From NCBI GenBank assembly GCA_035316325.1, contig DATHJB010000135.1, positions 10,249 to 74,248 on the forward strand: a stretch of 64,000 nt of DNA, given 5' to 3'. The first letter of the stretch is position 1. Each line of letters opens with the position of its first letter. Source of the DNA: Acidimicrobiales bacterium (GTDB taxonomy: Bacteria; Actinomycetota; Acidimicrobiia; Acidimicrobiales; VFJN01). The notes beneath the pieces were generated by a model. It was given only the letters and a program-made list of their open reading frames with translations. It searched no databases and was not told where the DNA came from. Below are positions 17,069-27,625 of this stretch, piece by piece. The position numbers were made by a program, and so were the translations under genes.

Positions 17069-18424
17069 TCAGAGCGTGTCGTAGCGCTCCAGGGCGTAGG
17101 GGACCGGCTCGAGCAGCGGCGTGGTGGGCTCGACCACCACCAGGATCTCCAACTTCTCGGTGCACGCCCGCTGCGGGCCGAACACCACCGCCGCCTGGTC
17201 GCCGGTGCGGGCGATGTCCTCGCCCACGACGGCCCCGCCGGCCAGCACCACCAGCCGCAGCGGCGCGGCGTCGGGCGACGTCAGCGTCAGGCTCACCTCG
17301 ACGGCGCGCGGGCACGGCTCGCCCCCGGCGCCGATCGGCAGGGGGTAGGTGTCGCGGCTGGTGGACGGTTCGAGCATGGTGTCGAGCCGGTCGACGAGCG
17401 CGGTCTCGCCCTCGACGCCGGGCGCCGGAGGCGCCGACGTGCCGGGCGCGGCGTCGTCGTCGTCGCCGACGACCACCGACGGGCCGTCATCCGGGGGAGC
17501 GGCACCCGAGTCGCCGTCGCCATCCGACCCGGCCACCACGAACGCCCCGCCGGCGATCGCCAGGCACCCCACGGCCACGCCGACCGCCACGCCCGGGCGC
17601 ACCGACGCCGGCGACGCCGGCCGCGGCCACCGACCGCCCCGCGCCGGCTCGTACGCCGCGAGGAGGGCCGCGGCAGTGGGCCGGCGTTCCGGGCGCGGGT
17701 CGAGCATCGACGCCAGCCGCATGCGGAGCGCCTTGGGCAGCGACTTCGGCACCTTCTCGACCCTGCCGCTGGCGGCGCGCACCATCAGCAGGCTGGGGTC
17801 GCCGGTGCCGAACGGCCCGCCGGCCGTGGCCGCGAACAGCAGCGTCGCCCCCAGGGCGAAGATGTCGCTGGCCGGCGTGAGCGGCTCGTCCCGGGCCTGC
17901 TCGGGCGGCATGAAGCCGGGGGTGCCCACCACCATGCCGGCCACGGTGAGGCCGGCCGTCTGGTCCCAGGTGTGGGCCAGGCCGAAGTCGGCGAGGTACG
18001 GCTCGGCCTGGTCGTCGTAGAGCACGTTGGCGGGCTTGACGTCGCGGTGGATGATGCCGGCGGCGTGCGCCTCGGCCAGGGCGCCCAGCAGGCGCTGTGC
18101 CAGCCGGTCGATCTCGTCGGCGGGTGCCGGACCGTGCTGGGCGACGCGGTCGGCCAGGTTGCCGCCCGCCAGGTAGGGCATCACCAGGACGACGTCGTCG
18201 CCCTCCTCCACCACCTCGAGCAGCCGCACCACGTTGGGGTGGTGAAGGCGGCGTAGCACCTCCGCTTCGCGGAGTAGCCGCTGGCGCGAGCGCAGCACCT
18301 CGCTGGCCGAACCGGTCAGCGTGAGGCGCTTGAGCGCGACCTGGTTCCCGGCCTGGTCGCGCGCCAGATCGACCACACCCATGCCACCACGGCCCAATCG
18401 GGCGACCGGCTCGTAACCCACCAA
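17069..18424 (-). CDS. serine/threonine protein kinase with one TM helix and an extracytoplasmic C-terminal domain
   Basis: Track ORF, TTG start. GRGGMGVV, ALKRL, HRDVKPANV, DFGLA, GTPGFMPPEQ. Confidence 0.9.
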   Translation of the reverse strand: MVGYEPVARLGRGGMGVVDLARDQAGNQVALKRLTLTGSASEVLRSRQRLLREAEVLRRLHHPNVVRLLEVVEEGDDVVLVMPYLAGGNLADRVAQHGPAPADEIDRLAQRLLGALAEAHAAGIIHRDVKPANVLYDDQAEPYLADFGLAHTWDQTAGLTVAGMVVGTPGFMPPEQARDEPLTPASDIFALGATLLFAATAGGPFGTGDPSLLMVRAASGRVEKVPKSLPKALRMRLASMLDPRPERRPTAAALLAAYEPARGGRWPRPASPASVRPGVAVGVAVGCLAIAGGAFVVAGSDGDGDSGAAPPDDGPSVVVGDDDDAAPGTSAPPAPGVEGETALVDRLDTMLEPSTSRDTYPLPIGAGGEPCPRAVEVSLTLTSPDAAPLRLVVLAGGAVVGEDIARTGDQAAVVFGPQRACTEKLEILVVVEPTTPLLEPVPYALERYDTL

Positions 18425-18521
18425 CGACGCAGGCTAGGCGCGGGCGTCGGGCCGACCGGAGCGCGGGCGCCGCGACGACATTCGGGCCGCTCGACAACGG
18501 TCTGTCGTCCTGGCGTCACAG

Positions 18522-18734
18522 TTGACCGGTATGGTGGGCGGCGTGACCGAGTCCCGTGCGCATGACGAGGCGATCCACGAAGCCCTTGCCATCATCGACA
18601 AGGGCCTTGGCGACCTGCTCCATCGTGAGCTGGTCTCGACCAACGAGGTAGCGGACCTGCTCCTCGACGTGCGAACCCTGCTGTCCACTCCCAATCCTGA
18701 CCGCGACGAGAGCGACGTCGTCGTCGCCAGCTGA
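18522..18734 (+). CDS. small hypothetical protein (70 aa)
   Basis: Track ORF (TTG; an internal ATG follows 3 codons later). Sits in an otherwise empty 450-nt gap. Moderate G/C third-position bias. No family recognised. Confidence 0.35.
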   Translation: MTGMVGGVTESRAHDEAIHEALAIIDKGLGDLLHRELVSTNEVADLLLDVRTLLSTPNPDRDESDVVVAS

Positions 18735-18878
18735 GCGGTCCCTGCGTCGAGCCCGGTCGCCTCGGCCGAGCTCCAGTAGACGGCGTTCTCGTTCAAGGGC
18801 GAGCGAGCTCTGGATCGGTGTAGAAACCGGTCCCGTGCCATCGGTGGATCGACCGTGACGCTCCGCGTGCCCTGCGGG

Positions 18879-20630
18879 CTACCCGCAGAGCTCCAGGCGG
18901 GCCTCTGCCGGGATGGGCGGCACCCGGAGCTGCGTCCGGCTCACTGAGCCCACGACGTTGCGCAGGAAGCGGCCGGGCGTGAGCGGTGCGTCGACCGCGT
19001 CGACGAGATCGACCAGGTCGCCACAGGCCAGAGCGGCACGGGCGTCGTCGACCACGGGCTCGTCGACCGAGGGCTGGGCGAACCGGGCGACCAGCCACTC
19101 CCAGCCGAGGATCTTCTCGTGCCCCGGCCGGCTGGGTGGCCCGGCCTCCATGTGCGCCCCCAGCGGCTCGGCCAGGCTGAGCTGGTCGATCACATGGGTC
19201 CCCAGGAACTTGTAGCCGACCAGCCCGATGGACCCACCCACCAGCAGCGGCCGGTCGCTCCGGGCGTAGCGGCCCGAGCCGCCCAGGTCCACCAGCTGGC
19301 CCTCCCGCGGCAGCTCGCCCAGCTGCACGAGCCCCGACTCGACGTAGGTGGCGTAGTCGTCGTAGGTGACGGGACGCTCGTCGCCGGCCAGCAGCATCCA
19401 CACGAGTCGCTCGTTGGCGATGCCGTCGACGGAGAGGTCGCCGTCGACGGCGGCCGTGGTCGGGTCGTCGGTGATGTCCACCGGGTCCCAACGGCGGAAG
19501 CCGCCGATGAGGACCAGCGTCGTTGCCAGCGCCCCGACGCCGGCCCAGGCCACCAGCCGGCGCCGTGACGGCAGCGGGAACGCCGCCACCGGGCAGACGA
19601 GGGCGAAGGTGGCGGGCAGGAACAGGCGGGCGTACATGAAGTCGCCGCCCACCTTCACCACGTAGATGCCGTTGATCAGGGCCGCCACCACCGGGGCCGC
19701 CGCGACGATCGCGTGGCGCCGTGTCGGCCCGGCCGTCGGCGCCTCCAGCAGGATCAGGACCGCCAGCAGACCCAGCGGGATCAGCAGCAGGGTGGAGCCG
19801 ACGTACACGTCGAGGTAGGTCCAACCCCGCGACCACAGGCTGCGGCCCGCCTCCTTGGCCAGCGCCGTGTTCGGCACCAGGAGCCCGTAGTAGCCCATGC
19901 GGAACACCTGGTAGAGGAGGGGGGCGGCCAGTCCCAGGCCGAGGGCCCGGAGGTTGGCGCGGCGCGAGAGGCGTGATGTGGCCACCAGCGCCACCGCGAA
20001 GGCGACGCTGAACACCACGAAGTCCGGCCGGATCAGTGGGCCCAGGCCGATCAGCCCCGCGGCCCATCCCGAAATCTCGACAGAAGTGGTCGCTATGGCG
20101 CCATCCCTGTCGAGATTTCGGTGGGGGTCGAGGCGGCGGGCGACGGCCCACCAGCAGGCACCGATCCAGGCGAAGCTCAGGCCGGTCTCCAGGCCGGAGC
20201 TGGCGAAGTCCCACATGGGTGGCAGGGCGACCAGGAGCAGGGCGCCCAGCGGCAGGGGAGCGTCGCGGCCGATGCTGGCCCACCAGCGGCGGGCGCCTGC
20301 CGCGGCGAAGGCGATGCCCGCCAGGGTCAGGGCGATGCCCGCCAGCACCGCCGTCCAGGCAGGGTCGAGGAACCACAGCAGGACGCGGGCGACGACCAGT
20401 ATGGCGATCCACAGCGGGCTGGTGCCGGCCTCCACCCGTTCGCCGGCGTTGAACACCGGGCCGTCGCCGTGGAGGACGTTCCAGACGATGCGGAGGTTGA
20501 TGAAGCCGTCGTCGGACACCCAGCGGTGGTGCCACGCCAGCACGGCGAAGCACACCACCGGAAGCCACACCGCGACGACGGTGCCAGCCGTGACGCGACC
20601 GGCCCACGACCCACGGCGTGTCCTCGACAT
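18879..20630 (-). CDS. polytopic membrane glycosyltransferase, GT-C fold (ArnT/arabinofuranosyltransferase-like)
   Basis: Track ORF. First-loop motif RWVSDDGFINLRIVWNVLHGDGPVFNAGERVEAGTSPLW, followed by many TM helices and a soluble C-terminal domain. Carries an in-frame palindromic repeat at 20069-20127. Confidence 0.7.
   Translation of the reverse strand: MSRTRRGSWAGRVTAGTVVAVWLPVVCFAVLAWHHRWVSDDGFINLRIVWNVLHGDGPVFNAGERVEAGTSPLWIAILVVARVLLWFLDPAWTAVLAGIALTLAGIAFAAAGARRWWASIGRDAPLPLGALLLVALPPMWDFASSGLETGLSFAWIGACWWAVARRLDPHRNLDRDGAIATTSVEISGWAAGLIGLGPLIRPDFVVFSVAFAVALVATSRLSRRANLRALGLGLAAPLLYQVFRMGYYGLLVPNTALAKEAGRSLWSRGWTYLDVYVGSTLLLIPLGLLAVLILLEAPTAGPTRRHAIVAAAPVVAALINGIYVVKVGGDFMYARLFLPATFALVCPVAAFPLPSRRRLVAWAGVGALATTLVLIGGFRRWDPVDITDDPTTAAVDGDLSVDGIANERLVWMLLAGDERPVTYDDYATYVESGLVQLGELPREGQLVDLGGSGRYARSDRPLLVGGSIGLVGYKFLGTHVIDQLSLAEPLGAHMEAGPPSRPGHEKILGWEWLVARFAQPSVDEPVVDDARAALACGDLVDLVDAVDAPLTPGRFLRNVVGSVSRTQLRVPPIPAEARLELCG
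20069..20127 (+). repeat. nested-palindrome repeat, copy B, inside the GT-C coding sequence
   Basis: CCGAAATCTCGACAG-AAGTGGTCGCT-ATGGCGCCAT-CC-CTGTCGAGATTTCGG-TGGGGG. The 15-bp outer arms pair perfectly and the central 10-bp palindrome is perfect. Confidence 0.85.
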
Positions 20631-20697
20631 CGGAGGGAGACCGTAGTGCCGGTCACCCTCCGCAACGAGTCGAACCCGGACGGGCCCCGGGAGGGGT

Positions 20698-21294
20698 TCA
20701 GCGCTTCAGTGAGGTGTGCTTGAACTCGTTGAGCTCGGGGGCGTCGACCAGCAGGTCGACGACGCGCTGGATGCTGCGGCGGGCGTGGGCGGCGTCGTCG
20801 CCGGGACGGTCCATCAGCCGCACGAACACCGCGGCGTCGCCCTGCAGGAAGGTGGGCACGCCCCACACCTCGAAGTCGTCGACGGCGGCGGTGTGCTCCG
20901 CGCGGATGCGGGCCAGGGCGGTCCCCTCGGCGATCTCCGCGAACACGGCGTCGGCGTCGATGCCCTGGTCGGTGAGGACCCGGCGGACGTCGGGCTCCTC
21001 GAACTTGCGACCCTCGTCGTGGCGGAGGGCGAACAGCGCCAGGTGCACGTCGAAGAACCGGTCGGGCCAGCGGTCGCGCACCACGACACCCGCCTGCAGC
21101 GCCACGAGGCCGCTGTCGTCCTCCGGCCGCTCCCAGATGTCGGTCTCACCCTCGGCGACGTGGACCTGGCCGAGCGAGAACGGCACGAACCGCACGTTCC
21201 AGTCGGCGCCGTCCTTCAGGGCTTTCACCAGGTGTTCGTGGGCATTGCGGGCGAACGGGCAGCGGTAGTCCCAGGTCACGGCGAAGTCGGTCAT
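20698..21294 (-). CDS. DsbA-like thioredoxin-fold protein
   Basis: Track ORF. N-terminal WDYRCPFARNAHE (single Cys in a CPFA context) and C-terminal VWGVPTF, typical of DsbA/FrnE-like proteins. Confidence 0.7.
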   Translation of the reverse strand: MTDFAVTWDYRCPFARNAHEHLVKALKDGADWNVRFVPFSLGQVHVAEGETDIWERPEDDSGLVALQAGVVVRDRWPDRFFDVHLALFALRHDEGRKFEEPDVRRVLTDQGIDADAVFAEIAEGTALARIRAEHTAAVDDFEVWGVPTFLQGDAAVFVRLMDRPGDDAAHARRSIQRVVDLLVDAPELNEFKHTSLKR

Positions 21295-21324
21295 CGAGTG
21301 GGTCCAACCGATCGAACGGCTCGA

Positions 21325-21894
21325 CTATTTCCGTGCCGGCCACACCCGCCGGGCCAACAGCGCCAGGCCCGCGCCGAGCGCGGCGCCGGCGACGACGTCG
21401 GACGCGTGGTGCACCTTCACGTACACACGGCTGGTGGCGACGGTGGCGGCGACCACCGCGTAGAGCGGCCACAGCGGGTCGTTCTGGGCGAGCACCCCGA
21501 AGGCGGTGACCGCCGACGAGGCGTGGCCCGACGGGAAGCTCGACGTGCGGGGCTGGCGCAGCTTCAGCGGGCGGTCCTGCTCCCACGTCGGCCGGCGCCG
21601 GCCTACCAGCGACTTCACCACGCCGTTCACGAACACCGACTCCAGGCCGATGATGGTGGCCACCCGCACGGCGTCCTCGGCCCGCCGGTCGGGCGCCAGC
21701 GCCCGCGCCGTGCCGATCAGGTGCCAGATCAGGCTGAAGTCGCCGAGCTCCGACGCCGCGTACATCACCCGGTCGAGCGTGGGGTTGCCCCGCCACTGTT
21801 GCACCCAGGTGTCGACGGCGTCGTCGAACCGGGTGATCGCCTGCCGGGCCCGCTCCGCCACCGCTCCCTCGGGCGGGGGTAGCTCCGTCATCAC
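21325..21894 (-). CDS. PAP2 family phosphatase
   Basis: Track ORF. KxxxxxxRP, PSGH, SRxxxxxHxxxD motifs: KSLVGRRRP, SFPSGHAS, SRVYVKVHHASDV. Confidence 0.85.
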   Translation of the reverse strand: MMTELPPPEGAVAERARQAITRFDDAVDTWVQQWRGNPTLDRVMYAASELGDFSLIWHLIGTARALAPDRRAEDAVRVATIIGLESVFVNGVVKSLVGRRRPTWEQDRPLKLRQPRTSSFPSGHASSAVTAFGVLAQNDPLWPLYAVVAATVATSRVYVKVHHASDVVAGAALGAGLALLARRVWPARK

Positions 21895-22757
21895 CCCGCC
21901 GCCGCCATGAGCTCCCTCGCCGCCTTCTCCGCCTTCTCGGCCTCGCGGGCCTCACGTGCCTCGCGGGCGATCTCCAGCGCGACGTCGGGGTCGCCGCCGT
22001 AGGACGGGCAGTACTCCTTGAAGGCGCAGTAGTCGCAGAGGCGGGACGGGCGGGGGCGGAAGTCCTCGCGCTCGCAGGCCCGCTCGACCGCCTGCCACAC
22101 GGCCGACAGGGAGCGGCGGGTGCCGCGGGTGGTCTGGTCGGTGGGCGTGGTGATGATGGCCACGGGTTGGCGGACGTAGAGCAGCTGCACCCGCGCCGGC
22201 CGGCGCCCCAGCAGCTCCTCGCACAGCAGCGAGTAGATGTGGACGCCCGAGAGCCGTTTGCGCTCGAAGTTCTCCGACGGCACCGAGCCGGTCTTGTAGT
22301 CGGTGACCACCAGCTCGCCGTCGGCGTCGAGCTCCAGCCGGTCGATGATGCCGCGCAGGCGCACGCCGTCGATCTCGACGTCCATCATCAGCTCGAGCCC
22401 GATCGCCTCGATGCGCTGCGGGTCCTCCAGCTGGAAGTAGCGCCTCACGAGTTCCGCGGCGTCGGCCTGGAACTCGGCGGCCGCCGCCTCGTCGAGCCCG
22501 AGCTCGGCGTAGTCGGGATCGTCGGCCATGTCGGACGCGGCCTCGCCCAACAGGCCCAAGGCGGCGTCGACCGTGCGTGAGGCCGCCGGCAGGACGTGCA
22601 GCCGCTCCAACGTCGTGTGCACCAGCGTGCCCTTCGTGGACCACGGGGCCGGCGGCTCGGGCAGCCGGTCGATGGCGGAGAAGCGGAACGCGAGCGCGCA
22701 GTCGGTGAAGCTCGACACCTTCGACGGGCTGAGGCTCACCGGTACCTGAAAGGCCAT
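21891..22757 (-). CDS. PD-(D/E)XK nuclease, RecB/Cas4-like with a 4-Cys cluster
   Basis: C-terminal 288 aa of track ORF 21891..23009, from ATG 22757 (MAFQVPVSLSPSKV...). Nuclease core GIIDRLELDADGELVVTDYKTG. Cys at FTDC plus CDYCAFKEYC. Confidence 0.8.
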   Translation of the reverse strand: MAFQVPVSLSPSKVSSFTDCALAFRFSAIDRLPEPPAPWSTKGTLVHTTLERLHVLPAASRTVDAALGLLGEAASDMADDPDYAELGLDEAAAAEFQADAAELVRRYFQLEDPQRIEAIGLELMMDVEIDGVRLRGIIDRLELDADGELVVTDYKTGSVPSENFERKRLSGVHIYSLLCEELLGRRPARVQLLYVRQPVAIITTPTDQTTRGTRRSLSAVWQAVERACEREDFRPRPSRLCDYCAFKEYCPSYGGDPDVALEIAREAREAREAEKAEKAARELMAAAG

Positions 22758-22813
22758 GCAGCGAGCGTATGCGCGCCCTATGACAGTGAAGGGGACCGCG
22801 GAGCGTGGGTTGA

Positions 22814-23188
22814 CTAGCTCAGCGTGTCGGGCACCTCGACGGGGGTCGGCGCGGCGAGTGCCTCGACCGAACCGGCGGCGCCGCTGCCGTCGTCGTTCCT
22901 CGGGCGCGGCGGAGGCGGTGGCGGCAATGGCCGGTCGAGGTTGGTGCGCGGCTCGGGGGTGTCGACGTAGGCGTCGAGCGCCTCCGTCGCGTCCTCGAGG
23001 CTCTGCCACAGCGTGACCGCCGGCTTCCCTTCGATGTTGATCGAGATCGCCGAACCGTCGGCGAACCTCAGCCCCCAGGCGATGGGGCGCCAGCCCAGTG
23101 CGGTGCCGTCTTCATCCCAAAGGTCCTGGTAGAAAGCCAACAACCGCGGCACGTGGAAATTGGGCGTGGTGCCGGAGTCCTGACCCAT
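22814..23188 (-). CDS. hypothetical protein with a Pro-rich C-terminal tail
   Basis: Track ORF 22814..23302, start taken at ATG 23188 (MGQDSGTTPNFHV...). No family recognised. The N-terminal codons are A/T-richer than the window norm. Confidence 0.5.
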   Translation of the reverse strand: MGQDSGTTPNFHVPRLLAFYQDLWDEDGTALGWRPIAWGLRFADGSAISINIEGKPAVTLWQSLEDATEALDAYVDTPEPRTNLDRPLPPPPPPRPRNDDGSGAAGSVEALAAPTPVEVPDTLS

Positions 23189-23329
23189 CCGTGTTGCCCC
23201 TCTTCTGCCCTTGTTGTTCTGGAGTTCCAGCTGGACGGCGGCGACACGACACCTCACTGCACGACATAGCGTGACGCGTTCCGCACGCTCAGAGACTTGC
23301 ACAGGATGGTTGCTCGTACAAGAGAGAGA

Positions 23330-24211
23330 TTACGAAAAAGCGACGAAATCCGGGGTTATTGAGGCCGCAATTGTCACCGGGTCCTCCATCGGACCGAAGT
23401 GGGTCAGCTCCGGGAAGCGCCGCAGCGAGCCGTTCCCGAGCGACGAGCTGACCAGCGCGGCCATCTGCGCCGGCGGCGCGCCGTCACCGCTGGCGGCCAC
23501 CGTCGTCGGGCAGGCGACCTGCCCCAGGCCCGCGAAGGCGCCGTTGTCGAGGCCCGCCTCGAAGATGCGGGCCTCCGTCTCCGGCGCGCACTTGAGCTCC
23601 ACGCTGCCGTCGGGTCGCGAGCGGAAGCCGTGGTCGACGTAGGCGTGCAGCGCCTCGGACGTGAAGCGGTTGAGCGGTGGCTTGGCGTGGTAATTGGCGA
23701 ACGCCGCGTCACGCGAGGGAAACACGGCACGCCGGCGCCGCGCCGACTCCGCCAGCACGTTGCCCGGAAGGACCCGGCCCTCGGGGCGGGGGAAGACGAT
23801 CGGCTCGTAGCACCACAGCGCCGCCCAGGTGCCCGGGTGGGCCTGCTCGGCCAGCACCAGGGCGGCGCCGCCCATCGAGTGGCCGACGCCCAGCAGCGGC
23901 TCGTCGCCACCACCGATCAGCTCGACGACCGCCAGCACGTCGTCCGCCATGCCGCGCCACGACAGGTCGTCGGAGGCCGGCAGCGTGCTGTCGCCGTGGC
24001 CCCGGAAGTCGAGCGCCCAGCAGTGGAAGCGGTCGGCGAGGTGCCAGCCCACCGGCGACCACGTCAGCCCGTGGAAGCCCGTGGGATGGCAGAGCAGCAG
24101 CGGCGGGCCGTCGCCACCGAGGTCGTGCACGGCCAGGGACACGCCGTCGCTGGAGGCGACGCGGTGGGCGGCGGGCTCGCTCGGTGGGGTCGGCGGGGTC
24201 ACGGGGCTCAT
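23330..24211 (-). CDS. alpha/beta hydrolase
   Basis: Track ORF 23330..24388, start at ATG 24211 (MSPVTPPTPP...). LLLCHPTGFHG, nucleophile elbow GVGHSMGGA. Confidence 0.85.
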   Translation of the reverse strand: MSPVTPPTPPSEPAAHRVASSDGVSLAVHDLGGDGPPLLLCHPTGFHGLTWSPVGWHLADRFHCWALDFRGHGDSTLPASDDLSWRGMADDVLAVVELIGGGDEPLLGVGHSMGGAALVLAEQAHPGTWAALWCYEPIVFPRPEGRVLPGNVLAESARRRRAVFPSRDAAFANYHAKPPLNRFTSEALHAYVDHGFRSRPDGSVELKCAPETEARIFEAGLDNGAFAGLGQVACPTTVAASGDGAPPAQMAALVSSSLGNGSLRRFPELTHFGPMEDPVTIAASITPDFVAFS

Positions 24212-24299
24212 GCTGGCATCGAGAGATCGCGCCTTCCCAGTCCGACCTGGGCCTACCTCGCGGATAGCGTGCGGATCGGTGCAGCGCTCATCCCCACCC

Positions 24300-24914
24300 A
24301 TGACGGCGTTCGCTCCGGCGGCGCCACCGCTCGACGGGCGCAGTGCGCGCGCCCTGCGGACGCGTGAGGCGATCGTCGACGCGTGCATCGGTCTGGTCGA
24401 GGAGGGTCAGCTGCGGCCCACCGCCCCACAGGTGGCGGAGCGGGCGGGAGTGTCGGTGCGCTCGGTGTTCCAGCACTTCGCCGACCTGCCGTCGCTGCAC
24501 ATCGCCGTGAGCGAGCGGATCGTCGCCCGGCTGGCGGTGCTGCTCCACCCGATCGACCCGTCGCGGCCGCTCGACGACCGCATCGCGGCTTTCGTCCGCC
24601 ACCGCGGCGGCCTGCTGGAGGCGGTCACCCCGTTCCGCCGGGCCGCCAACGTCCACGGGCCCTTCGCCCCCGAGATCGCCGAGGTGAACCGGGCCGCCAC
24701 CGACTACCTGCGCGACGAGGTGGCCCGCGCCTTCCGGCCCGAGCTCGATCTCGTCCCGGCCGCCGACCGCCGCGAGGTGCTGGAGGCGCTCGCCACCACG
24801 CTGTCGTGGTCGGCGTGGGACGCGCTGCGCAGCGACGGCGGCTGCACCGTGCCCCAGGCGACGGCGGTCATGCGGCGCATCGTGCGGGCCGTGCTGGCAT
24901 CGGTCAACGACTGA
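24300..24914 (+). CDS. TetR family transcriptional regulator
   Basis: C-terminal 204 aa of track ORF 23829..24914, from ATG 24300. TREAIVDACIGLVEEGQLRPTAPQVAERAGVSVRSVFQHF. Confidence 0.8.
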   Translation: MTAFAPAAPPLDGRSARALRTREAIVDACIGLVEEGQLRPTAPQVAERAGVSVRSVFQHFADLPSLHIAVSERIVARLAVLLHPIDPSRPLDDRIAAFVRHRGGLLEAVTPFRRAANVHGPFAPEIAEVNRAATDYLRDEVARAFRPELDLVPAADRREVLEALATTLSWSAWDALRSDGGCTVPQATAVMRRIVRAVLASVND

Positions 24915-25742
24915 GCCGCTGGAAGGCGCGGACGGCGAGCGGCAACGTGAGCACGGTGATGAGCACCGGCCACAGGACGGCCATGGGCAGCGCGTTGTCG
25001 GCGATCCAGCCGGAGCCCTCCACGCCGGGGTTGCCGAACAGGTCGCGGGTGGCGGTGACCGTGGCCGACAGCGGGTTCCACTCGGCGATCGTGCCCATCC
25101 AGCTGGGCATGAGGTCGGGTGCCACGAAGGCGCTCGACAGCATCGTGACGGGGTAGAGGAGCCCGAACATCGAGTTGGCGGCCTCGGCGCTCTTGGCCCG
25201 CAGGCCCAGGAAGATGCCGATCCACAGGAACGCCTGGCGCAGGAGCAGCAGCAGCCCGACCGCGGCCAGCGCCTCGACGACCGTGCCGTGCCAGCGCCAG
25301 CCGATCGCCAGACCGCACACGATCATGAGCGCCAGGCTCGCGGCGGAGTACGCCATGCCGGCGATGCAGCGTCCGACGACCACGGCCGACGGCGCCATCG
25401 GCATCGACCGGAAGCGGTCGGTGACGCCCTTCTCGGTGTCGGCCTGCACCGCGGCGAGCGTCTCGCCGATGCCGAACGCCATCGTCTGAGCGAACATCCC
25501 CGGCATGAGGAACTCCCGGTAGCTGCCGCCGCCGGGCACGGACATGGCGCTCCCGAAGACGTAGGCGAACAGCAGCACGAACATCACCGGGAACATGAGG
25601 CCCCAGACGATCATCTGTGGCTGGCGCACCCACTGGGCCATGTCGCGCTGGGCGACGAGCCAGCCGTCCCGCAGCGCCCAGCGCAGCCGGGCGGTCGGCG
25701 GGAGGGCGACGGTGGTGCTCACAGGGGCGCTCACGGCGGTGC

Positions 25743-25746
<4 letters not shown>
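24904..25746 (-). CDS. ABC-2 type exporter permease (DrrB-like)
   Basis: C-terminal 280 aa of track ORF 24904..26208, from ATG 25746 (MSTAVSAPV...). Six predicted TM helices. ATGA overlap with the ATPase gene. Confidence 0.85.
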
Positions 25747-26744
<998 letters not shown>

Positions 26745-26830
26745 CCGGTCCCCTTACTCAATACAGTGTACGGAGTGATTGGCCAAGTTAGCGTACGGCG
26801 TAAAGAGTTACAAACCAGGAGCCGCGAGAG

Positions 26831-27625
26831 ATGACCGAGTACGCCGGCCGTGGCGACCCGCGGCGCACGCTGAACCTGCTGTGGGGGCGCGCCGATGCGC
26901 CGGCCCGAGGCCCGAAGCAGGGGTTGACCGTGGCGGAGATCGTGGCGGCCGCCATCGAGGTCGCCGACGCCGAGGGCCTGGGCGCGGTGTCGATGCGCAG
27001 GGTGGGCGAGCGCCTCGGCAAGAGCGCCATGGGCCTCTACACCTACGTGCCCAGCAAGGCCGAGCTGTTGGACCTCATGCTCGACGCCGTCCTCGGCGAG
27101 CTGCCCACCGACTACCCGCTCGACGAGGGCTGGCGCGCCGCCGTCGAGCGCTGCGCCCGTGACGGGTGGGCGTTCTACGAGCTCCACCCCTGGGTGCTGC
27201 AGGTCTCGGGTGCCCGCGCCGCCCTCGGTCCCCACGAGTTCGACTCCTACGAGACCCAGCTACGGCTGTTCGCAGGCCGCGGGCTCACCGGCGTCGAGAT
27301 GACGCGCGCCGTCGGGGCGCTCGCCAGCTTCGTGCGAGGTGCCGCCAAGGCCGTGTCCGACGCCCGCACCGCCGAGCAGGCGACCGGCCTCAGCGACGAC
27401 GACTGGTGGAACGCCCGCGCCCCGCTCCTGGAGGAGCTGGCGGACGAGACCTGGGCCGAGCGCTATCCCACCGTCACCCAGCTGTCGGCCGAGCAGGCCT
27501 TCGACCAGGTCGACCGTCCCGACGACACGACCCCTTATCTCGTGCAGGACGCGCTCGACACCTTCGAGTTCGGGCTGCAGCGCCTGCTCGACGGCCTCGA
27601 GACCTACGTCAACCGAGGCTCTTGA
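26831..27625 (+). CDS. TetR family regulator with a TetR-C (tetracycline-repressor-like) domain
   Basis: Track ORF. LTVAEIVAAAIEVADAEGLGAVSMRRVGERLGKSAMGLYTYVPSK. Divergent from the ABC exporter genes. Confidence 0.85.
   Translation: MTEYAGRGDPRRTLNLLWGRADAPARGPKQGLTVAEIVAAAIEVADAEGLGAVSMRRVGERLGKSAMGLYTYVPSKAELLDLMLDAVLGELPTDYPLDEGWRAAVERCARDGWAFYELHPWVLQVSGARAALGPHEFDSYETQLRLFAGRGLTGVEMTRAVGALASFVRGAAKAVSDARTAEQATGLSDDDWWNARAPLLEELADETWAERYPTVTQLSAEQAFDQVDRPDDTTPYLVQDALDTFEFGLQRLLDGLETYVNRGS

Noticed and set aside
18872-18888. Hairpin CTGCGGG-CTA-CCCGCAG, whose loop is the stop codon of the GT-C gene.
   Set aside because: The stem is only 7 bp and lies partly within coding sequence, with no following T-run. 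That is too weak to call a terminator.
20641-20700. tRNA-like T-arm fragment (reverse complement contains GGGTTCGACTC) in the gap between the GT-C gene and the DsbA-like gene.
   Set aside because: The flanking bases cannot form a T stem or an acceptor stem, and there is no anticodon arm. I recognised no tRNA anywhere in the window by eye.
26745-26830. Possible TetR operator between the ABC exporter and TetR genes (repeated GTACGG, AT-rich TACAGTGTA).
   Set aside because: I could not find a convincing palindrome or repeat beyond 6-mers.
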